Shown: piece by piece, positions 8,987 through 17,200 of the stretch
Position numbering within the stretch: the stretch's first letter is position 1
Layout of the letters: each line of letters opens with the position of its first letter
Notes under the pieces: generated by a model
Told to the model about the DNA's origin: nothing
The model's database searches: none
Seen by the model: only the letters and a program-made list of their open reading frames with translations
Program-made: the position numbers and the translations under genes
Source: Nanobdellota archaeon
GTDB taxonomy: Archaea > Nanobdellota > Nanobdellia > Pacearchaeales > GW2011-AR1
DNA length: 64,000 nucleotides
Direction: 5' to 3'
Assembly: GCA_038046005.1 (NCBI GenBank)
Contig: JBBSXB010000007.1
Location: forward strand, 586 to 64,585

Positions 8987-9541
8987 ATGATAACTTATAA
9001 CGATATTTACGAAGCAGCGAGAAAAGAGAGATATACTGAGAATCTGCAGACTTTGCCAAAAGACTTTGTTGATAGTGTTTCTGTTTACATTAAAGACAAG
9101 AAGGGTATTATTTCAAAACAAGATGAGGGATTTTCAGACGTAATAGTCAAGACAAAAAAACAGCTGGAAAATGCCATAACTCTTTTTAAGGAGCTCATGA
9201 TAAGAAGAAGAAAGAAGATTCTTAACTTGGTCCTTATTGCTTCGGAAACAGGAATTTCAAAACAGGATTTTGACAACATGCTTTCTTTTGAAAAAGATCT
9301 TTTCGAAGAGCTTATGAAATGTGTGGAGGGGGCAGATAAGAAGCTTGACAAATCTTTGAATGGTGGTGAGGAACAGAAAAAAGCAAACGAGCTTGTTTTG
9401 TTTAAGGAGAAAGTTAGTGAATTTGTGGACTTTGACGGAGAGAAAGTCGGGCCTTTTGAAGAAGGGCAGATAGCGAACATATCCAAAGAAATTTCTAAAA
9501 TTTTGGTTGAAGATGGACGGGCAGAGGTCGTTAATGAATAA
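8987..9541 (+). CDS. GINS subunit-like protein (Gins51/Gins15-like)
   Basis: N-terminal helical pattern YNDIYEAARKERYTENLQTLPKDFVDSVSVYI...MIRRRKKIL and a C-terminal small beta domain VLFKEKVSEFVDFDGEKVGPFEEGQIANI match archaeal GINS by eye. I chose the ATG at 8987 rather than the TTG at 8948. Confidence 0.5.
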   Translation: MITYNDIYEAARKERYTENLQTLPKDFVDSVSVYIKDKKGIISKQDEGFSDVIVKTKKQLENAITLFKELMIRRRKKILNLVLIASETGISKQDFDNMLSFEKDLFEELMKCVEGADKKLDKSLNGGEEQKKANELVLFKEKVSEFVDFDGEKVGPFEEGQIANISKEISKILVEDGRAEVVNE

Positions 9542-9592
9542 CTGCAAGATTGTCTAAAGTCAATCTAGGGCAGACATGGTTAAGAGTTATTT

Positions 9593-9775
9593 TTATTCAC
9601 AATCTAATATTCTTTTTAATCTACTAATTCTAGCTATTCTTCTCAAGGATTCAGTGTCTACCCATACTTTAAAATAACCGCTTGTTGGAAAATTTTTATA
9701 AGAAATTTGACTCGAATATTCTATTTCATTTTCATAAACAGTTTCATTGTTATGAAGTGTGTTTGTTTCTGTCAT
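9593..9775 (-). CDS. hypothetical small protein
   Basis: 60-aa ORF with no motif. Coding status is uncertain. Confidence 0.25.
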   Translation of the reverse strand: MTETNTLHNNETVYENEIEYSSQISYKNFPTSGYFKVWVDTESLRRIARISRLKRILDCE

Positions 9776-9781
9776 TTTAAA

Positions 9782-9958
9782 TCACGTTTTTGCGAAAGGA
9801 AAAACTGAAATTGTTATGAGAAGAATTCCTAAAATCCCTAATACTGCTGCTTCAACAAAATTATTCTGGTTCAAAAGATAAATTCCAACTAAAAGCATCA
9901 CTGATCCTACTATTGCAAAGATGGCCCTGTACCAGTATCCTTTCTTATTTTTTATCAT
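9782..9958 (-). CDS. small membrane protein (58 aa, below the ORF-track cutoff)
   Basis: My own translation gives MIKNKKGYWYRAIFAIVGSVMLLVGIYLLNQNNFVEAAVLGILGILLITISVFPFAKT*, with two clear TM helices. Confidence 0.3.
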   Translation of the reverse strand: MIKNKKGYWYRAIFAIVGSVMLLVGIYLLNQNNFVEAAVLGILGILLITISVFPFAKT

Positions 9959-9995
9959 AGACTATTCAGGAAAAAGATGTATTTAAGGATTAAGG

Positions 9996-10307
9996 TTAGG
10001 AACTTTTGTACAGAATACTCTGGATAAAGAGCATAAGCCAAAGAGTTCCGTTTATGAATGATATTGCAAAGGAGAACATTAGATTTAAGCTGAAAAGTGT
10101 TATTGATGCAACATATAGTCCTAGCATTGTCAATAATGATGTTTGAAAATTTAGGTAACTTTTTCTGTTTTTGAAACCCTTGTAAACCGGGGTATCAATG
10201 CATATCCAAACAATACATTTGCTGTAGCTAATACTATATCTTGCCAGACCATTTTTTATTGAATTGAGATTGTTTAATCTCTTGCAACATTCTTTTTTGC
10301 TTCGCAA
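9996..10307 (-). CDS. membrane protein
   Basis: 103-aa ORF with hydrophobic C-terminal helices. No family recognised. Confidence 0.4.
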   Translation of the reverse strand: MRSKKECCKRLNNLNSIKNGLARYSISYSKCIVWICIDTPVYKGFKNRKSYLNFQTSLLTMLGLYVASITLFSLNLMFSFAISFINGTLWLMLFIQSILYKSS

Positions 10308-10365
10308 AAAAGCTGGACTGAAAAAACTTTGTTTTTTCGTCTCAGTCTTCCTAACTTCGTTAGTA

Positions 10366-10437
10366 AGCCTGTGGAGAGAATTGAACTCTCGACCCCCAGT
10401 TTACAAAACTGATGCTCTACCCCTGAGCTACACAGGC
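10366..10437 (-). tRNA. tRNA-Thr (anticodon TGT)
   Basis: The reverse complement folds as acceptor GCCTGTG/CACAGGC, D-arm GCTC-AGGGGTA-GAGC, anticodon stem TCAGT/ACTGG with loop TTTGTAA, and T-arm GAGAG-TTCAATT-CTCTC. 72 nt. Confidence 0.85.
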
Positions 10438-10482
10438 ATATACAAAATAGTTAGAAATAGATGATTTAAAAGAGTTTTTATC

Positions 10483-11019
10483 CTACTTTTCCTTTTCGAC
10501 TTTGAGAACTCTTATCTCACAGAGTGAAAGGGGGTAAATCTTTTTCAAGATTAAGCTAAGGGGTTTTTGGAGTTTTCCTGTTAAAATGTCTCTAAACATT
10601 GTTTCTGCAGTCTTGTCTTTTGAGTATTCAATAAGCTCTTCTTTTACTTTTATTCTTAAAGCGTTCCTGACTGCTCTTGAAACTTTTCTTCTTGTTACCA
10701 GGAAAGGTTTTATCCTTATTGTTGCATCTTCACATTCACATGAAAAAGAGCTCTCAACATAGTTTGTACCTTTTCTGACCATTTTTCTTAAAAAATATGG
10801 GAGGATTTTGAATTCTTTTGGTATTGTTTTTGCCTCGTTATCCTCGACTTTTATTTTTAATTGTATCAAAGTATTTTTACCTCTAAGCAATCTCGTTAAA
10901 TCATAGTTTATTATTCTGCCGTCTAGTTCTTTTAATTCAAAAGCGTAAAGCTGCGTTGTTGTGTTTAGCAATGGGATATCCACATCAAAAAACTTTTTCC
11001 TCTTTTTTGTTATTGCCAT
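10483..11019 (-). CDS. rps3ae: 30S ribosomal protein S3Ae (eS1)
   Basis: MAITKKRKKFFDVDIPLL...LDGRIINYDLTRLLRGKN... is the characteristic eS1 N-terminus, and the length fits. Confidence 0.9.
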   Translation of the reverse strand: MAITKKRKKFFDVDIPLLNTTTQLYAFELKELDGRIINYDLTRLLRGKNTLIQLKIKVEDNEAKTIPKEFKILPYFLRKMVRKGTNYVESSFSCECEDATIRIKPFLVTRRKVSRAVRNALRIKVKEELIEYSKDKTAETMFRDILTGKLQKPLSLILKKIYPLSLCEIRVLKVEKEK

Positions 11020-11022
11020 TGT

Positions 11023-11041
11023 AAGACACCTACGGTTTCTT
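11023..11041 (-). promoter_or_regulatory. conserved 19-nt leader element (copy 1), overlaps the SD of rps3ae
   Basis: The plus-strand AAGACACCTACGGTTTCTT is identical to 11456-11474. In mRNA sense it reads AAGAAACCGTAGGTGTCTT-ACA-ATG. It can form the hairpin GAAACC-GUA-GGUGUC, which contains the GGUG SD. Confidence 0.5.
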
Positions 11042-11131
11042 CAGAAGTTCTATTTGAACTTCGCACTCTTAAGTTACCTTTCTTAAGAGCTGGACAGTCA
11101 ACTTCCCTTGAAAATTTATTTTTAATCATTT

Positions 11132-11449
11132 TTATTCCTGTATTTGTTTTCCTACTCTTTTATTCCTTCTTCCTTGCCTGTATTTTGATTTATTACATAC
11201 AGTGCAGGTATAGAGTATATTTGTTTTCTTGTTGGTTTTTGTTTTTCTTTTATTTTTTGATATTGCTGGCTTAGAACCCCATTTACCTTTATTTCCAATG
11301 CCTCTGCCTAATCCTCTAGCTTTGGCCCTTGTGATTGAACCTCTTGTCAGAGTTCCCCTCTTAAAACCAGTGCTGACTAGCTTTATTTTTTGATTTGTTT
11401 TTTTCTTACAATACGGACAAAATCTTTTTGTTGTTTTCGGGAACTTCAT
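11132..11449 (-). CDS. rpl44e: 50S ribosomal protein L44e (eL42)
   Basis: MKFPKTTKRFCPYCKKKT...CTVCNKS gives a CxxC...CxxC zinc ribbon in a very basic 105-aa protein, matching the eL42 pattern. Confidence 0.85.
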   Translation of the reverse strand: MKFPKTTKRFCPYCKKKTNQKIKLVSTGFKRGTLTRGSITRAKARGLGRGIGNKGKWGSKPAISKNKRKTKTNKKTNILYTCTVCNKSKYRQGRRNKRVGKQIQE

Positions 11450-11455
11450 TGATAA

Positions 11456-11474
11456 AAGACACCTACGGTTTCTT
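11456..11474 (-). promoter_or_regulatory. conserved 19-nt leader element (copy 2), overlaps the SD of rpl44e
   Basis: Identical 19-mer AAGACACCTACGGTTTCTT. In mRNA sense it ends 6 nt before the ATG of rpl44e. Confidence 0.5.
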
Positions 11475-11562
11475 TTATGAAGCTTCCCTTAAGAAACTAC
11501 ATAACTCACCGAGATGCACTCCGATTTGATAGAAACATGAGAAAAAGTTTATTTTTAAAGCT

Positions 11563-11835
11563 TTAGATTTTGGATTTTCTTCTAAACACCAAATAAGAGA
11601 TAGCAATTATTAAAATAAAGGCAATAGTTGTGATTAGGCCTCTTATTATAAACCCATAGATTAAATCAAACAATCCAAACAAAGGCCAGCTGAGAATAAC
11701 AAGTGGAGTCCATGTAATTCCAGAGCAGGAAATATCTGAAGGTTTTTCAAATGAACAGGTATAAATTTGATATAAAATTCCAAATATCAAATATAATGTT
11801 ATAAAGACTATTACTGGCTTAATGTTTTTGTTCAT
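11563..11835 (-). CDS. membrane protein
   Basis: 90-aa ORF with three hydrophobic helices. Confidence 0.45.
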   Translation of the reverse strand: MNKNIKPVIVFITLYLIFGILYQIYTCSFEKPSDISCSGITWTPLVILSWPLFGLFDLIYGFIIRGLITTIAFILIIAISYLVFRRKSKI

Positions 11836-11867
11836 GCAAAATTATGGCTTTTTAATTTATAAAATCA

Positions 11868-11938
11868 TGGCCTCGCCCAGGATCGAACTGGGGCATTGTC
11901 CACGTCAAGGACATGGTCTACCATTAGCCTACGAGGCC
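11868..11938 (-). tRNA. tRNA-Val (anticodon GAC)
   Basis: The reverse complement has acceptor GGCCTCG/CGAGGCC, anticodon stem TGTCC/GGACA with loop TTGACGT, and T-arm CCCAG-TTCGATC-CTGGG. 71 nt. As I parsed it, the D-stem has one mismatch. Confidence 0.8.
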
Positions 11939-12108
11939 TCTCAAAACCTACGGTTTTGCATCCCTCAAGCGACTTCCTTTTGAGAACCTCTGCGGGTTCC
12001 TCACACCTCCCGCACGTTATGCCTCCGAGGGAAGTCTATGCAAACTGAAATCAAAACCTGTGGTTTTATACAAAAAATCAAACTTTTAGAAATATTTAAA
12101 TATAGCTG

Positions 12109-12327
12109 TTGTGTTTTTTTAACATGGTGAGATCAAGAAGTAGGAATGGCTTGTTTATACTCTTTTTAATATTTGGATTGTATTTTTTGAATTATGGATT
12201 TAGCTTTATTGCCCTACCAAAAGGAATGGATGTTGTTAATAAATGGATAATCGCTGCAGGCGGAGTTTTGATTCTTTTAGGTGGTATTAATTATCTTAGG
12301 GCAAGTAGATACACTGTGAGATACTAA
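12109..12327 (+). CDS. small membrane protein
   Basis: 72-aa ORF with two TM helices, upstream of the giant-protein module. Confidence 0.45.
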   Translation: MCFFNMVRSRSRNGLFILFLIFGLYFLNYGFSFIALPKGMDVVNKWIIAAGGVLILLGGINYLRASRYTVRY

Positions 12328-12371
12328 TTGTTTCTAATAAACTTTATATATATAATTTAACTGGTTTCTTC

Positions 12372-14270
12372 ATGTTTGTAAAAAGAGGTAATAGATTAGG
12401 AAACTCACGACCTGACCTAGAGATTAATAAAATTTTGCCCAGGTCAAATCGTTCGCAGGTCACGATTTTCATTATTGTTGCAATACTTATAGTTGCATCT
12501 GTTGTGCTTTTTTTTGTATTTAAGAATAATGCTGCAAAACAAGAACCAATTACTGTTTCTGTTGATCCCGCTTATACTACTTTTTTAAGCTGTGTTGAAG
12601 ATCAAGCTTCTAATGGCATTAAAGTTTTAGAAAGTCAAGGAGGTTATATCAATCCTCCAGAATTTGAGCCTGGTTCAAGGTATATGCCATTTTCTAATCA
12701 ACTGGATTTTTTAGGAAATCCAATTCCTTATTGGTATTATGTCTCTGCAAACAACATACAGAAAGAACAAGTTCCTTCAAAAAGTGAGATGGAAACTCAA
12801 ATAGCCAAATTTGTCGAGGGAAAAGCTAGAGACTGCGATTTTTCTTCTTATACTGCGCAAGGATATGAGATTACTCAAGGAGACCCTAAAGCTTCTGTCA
12901 GCATAAAAAATAATGAAGTAGATATTGACTTGAGCATGGATTTAGCGATAAACAAAACAGGCAGTAGTTCTTTCTTTAAGAATCATGCAATAGTCGTGAA
13001 GTCTAATCTTGGGGAACTTTACAATTCTGCGCTATCAGTCTATAACAAAGAACAGAGCGAGATGTTTTTGGAAAATTATAGCATAGACAATTTAAGACTT
13101 TATGCTCCAGTTGATGGTGTTGATCTTTTGTGTTCCCCTTTAACATGGAATGCAGACAAAGTTTTCGATGATCTGCAAAATGGAATACAGGCAAATACCT
13201 TGGCCATAAATGTAAAAAATGATAATTATTTTAAACCCAAATTTCAGAATGTTCCAGCTGATGTTCAAGTCAAGTTTCTTAATTCTAGAAATTGGACTTA
13301 CAGCTTCGAGGTAAATCCAAGTGATGGGCCTCTGATGATGGCTAGCCCTGTGGGAAATCAACCTGGCTTTGGAATTTTAGGATTTTGTTATGTTCCTTAC
13401 CATTTTGTTTATGATTTAAGATATCCTGTTTTAATTCAAGTTCAAAAAGGAGATGAAATTTTCCAATTCCCTGTTGCAATCGTGATTCTTGGAAACAAGC
13501 CAAGACAGCCGTTGAATGGTGAATCTGCAAATCTTGTGGCTTCTGATTTGTGCGCCAACAGCAATACAAAAACACAATTCAGCGTTCATGACAGCAGCCT
13601 TAAGAAGATAGACGCCGAAATTTTTTATGAGTGTTTAGGTGCCAGATGTGATCTTGGAAAAACTTCTAACGGAGCCTTAGAAAAAGAATTGCCTCAATGT
13701 GTAAACGGAATTGTAATAGCCAAGGCTGATGGATATAAAGATTCAAGAGAGATTTACACCAGTGTTGATGAAGGGCAAGTTCAGCTGATTATGAACAAAG
13801 TTTATCAAAAAAATGTGGATCTTAGAGTGGATGGAAAATCTTATCTTGGAAGTGCGATAATTTATTTTATTTCTGGAAATGATACCAAGACAGTTATTTA
13901 TCCTGAACAAAAATCAGTTGAAGTTGGAGAGGGCCAATATGAAATTCAAGTTTATATTTATCAAAATTCTTCCTTGAAAATAGATTCTAATGTGACAACT
14001 CAATGTGTAAGTGTTCCTCGTGGCGGAGTTTTGGGAATTGTTGGATTTACCCAGAAAAAATGTTTCGATGTAGAAATTCCTTCTCAGATAATTTCTAATG
14101 CTCTAGCTGGGGGCGGTAAACAACCCTATTACATTCTACAAGGAGAGCTGGAAAATTCTCAGTTTATTGAAATTAATGCTGGTAGTTTGGCAACTCCGAA
14201 AACAATTGACGAGTTGCAAAATAATTATATTTTATTTGACACTAAAGGTTTGGATGTGAATTTTAAATGA
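12372..14270 (+). CDS. membrane-anchored extracellular protein, unknown family
   Basis: 632 aa with an N-terminal anchor VTIFIIVAILIVASVVLFFVF and a large extracytoplasmic part. Its stop overlaps the next start (ATGA at 14267-14270). Confidence 0.7.
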   Translation: MFVKRGNRLGNSRPDLEINKILPRSNRSQVTIFIIVAILIVASVVLFFVFKNNAAKQEPITVSVDPAYTTFLSCVEDQASNGIKVLESQGGYINPPEFEPGSRYMPFSNQLDFLGNPIPYWYYVSANNIQKEQVPSKSEMETQIAKFVEGKARDCDFSSYTAQGYEITQGDPKASVSIKNNEVDIDLSMDLAINKTGSSSFFKNHAIVVKSNLGELYNSALSVYNKEQSEMFLENYSIDNLRLYAPVDGVDLLCSPLTWNADKVFDDLQNGIQANTLAINVKNDNYFKPKFQNVPADVQVKFLNSRNWTYSFEVNPSDGPLMMASPVGNQPGFGILGFCYVPYHFVYDLRYPVLIQVQKGDEIFQFPVAIVILGNKPRQPLNGESANLVASDLCANSNTKTQFSVHDSSLKKIDAEIFYECLGARCDLGKTSNGALEKELPQCVNGIVIAKADGYKDSREIYTSVDEGQVQLIMNKVYQKNVDLRVDGKSYLGSAIIYFISGNDTKTVIYPEQKSVEVGEGQYEIQVYIYQNSSLKIDSNVTTQCVSVPRGGVLGIVGFTQKKCFDVEIPSQIISNALAGGGKQPYYILQGELENSQFIEINAGSLATPKTIDELQNNYILFDTKGLDVNFK

Positions 14271-17200
14271 GAGAAAAAAACTTTTTAATATTCAGCGTGG
14301 TTTTGTTAGCACTTGCCCTGACAAGTCTCGTTTCTGCTGAATATATGAAATCTGGAGTTCAATATGCAACTCAGGGTGCTATAAGTGGTTTTTTTGGGGG
14401 AGGAACAGCCCCTACAAATTATAATGCTTGTCAGGCTGGCCAGGATTTTATTGTGCAAGTTTCTCCAATCGGTTGCACTCCTGTTCCTGTCAGGAGTGAT
14501 TTGTTACAAGACCAAAATAGTGCGGTTTTCTGTCCTTTGATGGCAACAAAAGTCAATCCTATGGTTAGTGTGAATGCGATAGACAGCATTCAATTTAGGT
14601 TGGACAAAGGATCAGATTATATAACTGGAGTTGACTTTTTGCCGGCTAAGGCTGCTTTGGGGATTAATAATCAATTAAACTCTCCAACTTTACAAAATAT
14701 TGGATATGCTGTTATAGTTTTAAAACAACAAAAAAATTCTTCAAAAATGCCTGATTATGTGAATGGAAGTTTAATTGCAACTATAAGGTATAACATAGAC
14801 AGCGCTTTTGGAGTTGGTGCCACGAGTTTTTATCTTCCAATAATTGCTGATGCCGACTGGAAAAATCAAAGAACAAAATATTCTTTCTTAAACGGGAAAT
14901 TTTATCTTAAAGCAGAAGGGATTGATTCCAGCGGGGCCCAGATTTCAATTTATGACGATACAAGAAGAATTTCAACTTCCAATTTGAATAATGGGCAAAA
15001 ATCTGGAACAATTTCCCTTCCAGGATTTGACTGTTATGGTGGACTTCAACTGAGTCTTAACGGACTTAGTGTTCCTGACACGAGAGCTAGCTTAGATGTT
15101 AATGGGCAGATTTATGAAGCTGCAATAGGAGAAAAGTTTTTTGACAATAAATGTACAGTCAGAGATTTAGGCAAATATGGAGTTTATGAAAGTGCAAGCA
15201 TTAATTGCAATGCTGATAAAAGAGGAGAGAGTTTTGTTTTAACAAAATCTCCTAAAGTTAAACTGGATTTTCCTGGAGCTAAAGAGGATGGTTATAAAGT
15301 TGGTGATTATCTATTCAATTACACAGATAACGGAAAACTAGATAATGGAAAATTAAAAGGAGTTTATTTAGGATTTGTTGGAAGCGTTAATGATTCTAAA
15401 AAAGAGAGTGACCTTTTTGCTATGGTTGTCGAAGTTCCTCAAGTAAAAGAAAAATTAACAAGTGATGAGATTGCAAAAGTTGCCAGATTTGCTGAGTCTT
15501 ATGAACCGCAAAAAGATTTAGTCAGTACTGGAGATTATATGCTCCAACATGGAAAAAGTATTTTTGGGTTTGTAACTGCAGCTATTGACTGGACTGTGGA
15601 AGGAAAAAGTTACCATTATATTAATCCTGCTAAGTCAGATACTATCAATGGTGTAACAGTTTCTTTAATTGGATTTGCAGGAGCAAAAGATTTTGACCTT
15701 TCAACCTTAAACCAAAATATCCAGGATTATTACACAAAAGCAAATGAGGATTATGACAAAATACTTGGAAGTTATTTGAATGAACAAAATGAAAACGGAA
15801 TTAGCTATGGCGAGGCAGCTTTATACAACAAAATGGCTTTGGTAAACAGCTTGAGCCAGAAAAGAACTTTGATTGACCTTTGCGAGCAGTTTAAAGAGAA
15901 TTACCCACAATCACAAAAAAACATAGATTTTTGTGAAAAAGATAAATTAGCAGACAGCGAATTATCCAGTTATTATATCTTGGTTAATGGAAAATTAAAA
16001 CAAATTTCTTTGGATAATGTTTATTCTCCTAAATTTGAGGATTATGGTGCAGAGATACTAATAAATGGAGAAAAATATGATTTCAAGAAAGATGAAGTTA
16101 AGTATTTGGAAGCTGGGCAAACTTCTACTGGAACTTTAGACAAGACTCAATTTACCACTGCTGTAAAAAATACTTTTGGAGCACAATGTTCACAATATGC
16201 TAGTGATGTTTTCGATATTGCAAATAAGTATAGCGTTGATCCTTCAAGATTAATTTCTGTTATGAAAAAAGAGTCCAGCTGCAACGCTGACACTGCAGAT
16301 TCAAGTGCTGGTGCTGTTGGATTGATGCAAATTTCCAGCTGGGATTTGTGCAAAAGTGCGCTAAAAATAAGCAGCTTAGGTGATTTAAGAGGAAAAAATA
16401 ATGTTAACAAAAATATTGAATGTGGAGCAATAATATTGAGTTCTTATTACCAGACTTATGGACAGACTTCGTCTGTATCTTTATATCAAAACAGAGTTAA
16501 ACGATATTGCCAAGATACAAATTATCAAACTAAATATTTGGAGTATCAAAGTTGGGATGCAGCATTAAGAGCTTACAACGGACTTGGGTGTACCCCTCCT
16601 GGTGCTGATGTGAATTATGTTGATGGTGTCAACCAAAATTACAACAACTTAAAGAGCGCAACACCAACTCTTGCAACAACTTCTGGTACTTCTGGAGCAA
16701 AATATGTCAAGCTTGCCGGAATTGGAGAAGATTATGTGGATGTTAGTATCTCTGGATTTTTTGGCACAAAAAGAATCACAAAAGGAGTTGTTGAAGATTT
16801 TGGAACAGGATATACATTTAATCTTCAATCAATCAATTTAAAGAAACTTGCTAAAGTAACTATTAATCCTCAAATACAAAATGCCGGTACTAGTGCAGTT
16901 GTTCCATTCAAGATTGGAATTGAGCAGAGTTTGATAAAATTGTCCCCTGAAAAAACTAAAGAGCAAATAGACAAAGTGAATAATTTAATTTCCAAGTGGC
17001 AGAGTGCTACAAACAAACTTGGAAATGTTGTGCAAGGAATGAATAAAGCATGTTTGGCGACTGGTGGGCTTTTGACTTTGAAGAATTTTCTAAGCGGCGA
17101 AGCGCTTGCAAGAAGCGCTGTCATGAGAAGTTCTGGAGGTTGGTATGAGAAATGCCAGGATTTAGTAAATCAACCTCAGTCTAAATATAAAAATGTTGAT

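Noticed and set aside
10264-10464. 66-aa plus-strand ORF.
   Set aside because: It overlaps tRNA-Thr, which is encoded on the opposite strand, and has no start context. The tRNA cloverleaf explains the sequence.
11959-12053. Considered whether the GC-rich island is a 5S rRNA, SRP RNA or RNase P RNA fragment, or a C/D or H/ACA sRNA.
   Set aside because: None of the conserved signatures I know is present. There is no loop-E/CGAAC...GAAGTTAAGC for 5S, no GAGGAAAGTCC for RNase P, no RUGAUGA C box and no ACA box at the 3' end. The length is wrong for SRP or RNase P RNA. I therefore report it only as an unclassified candidate.
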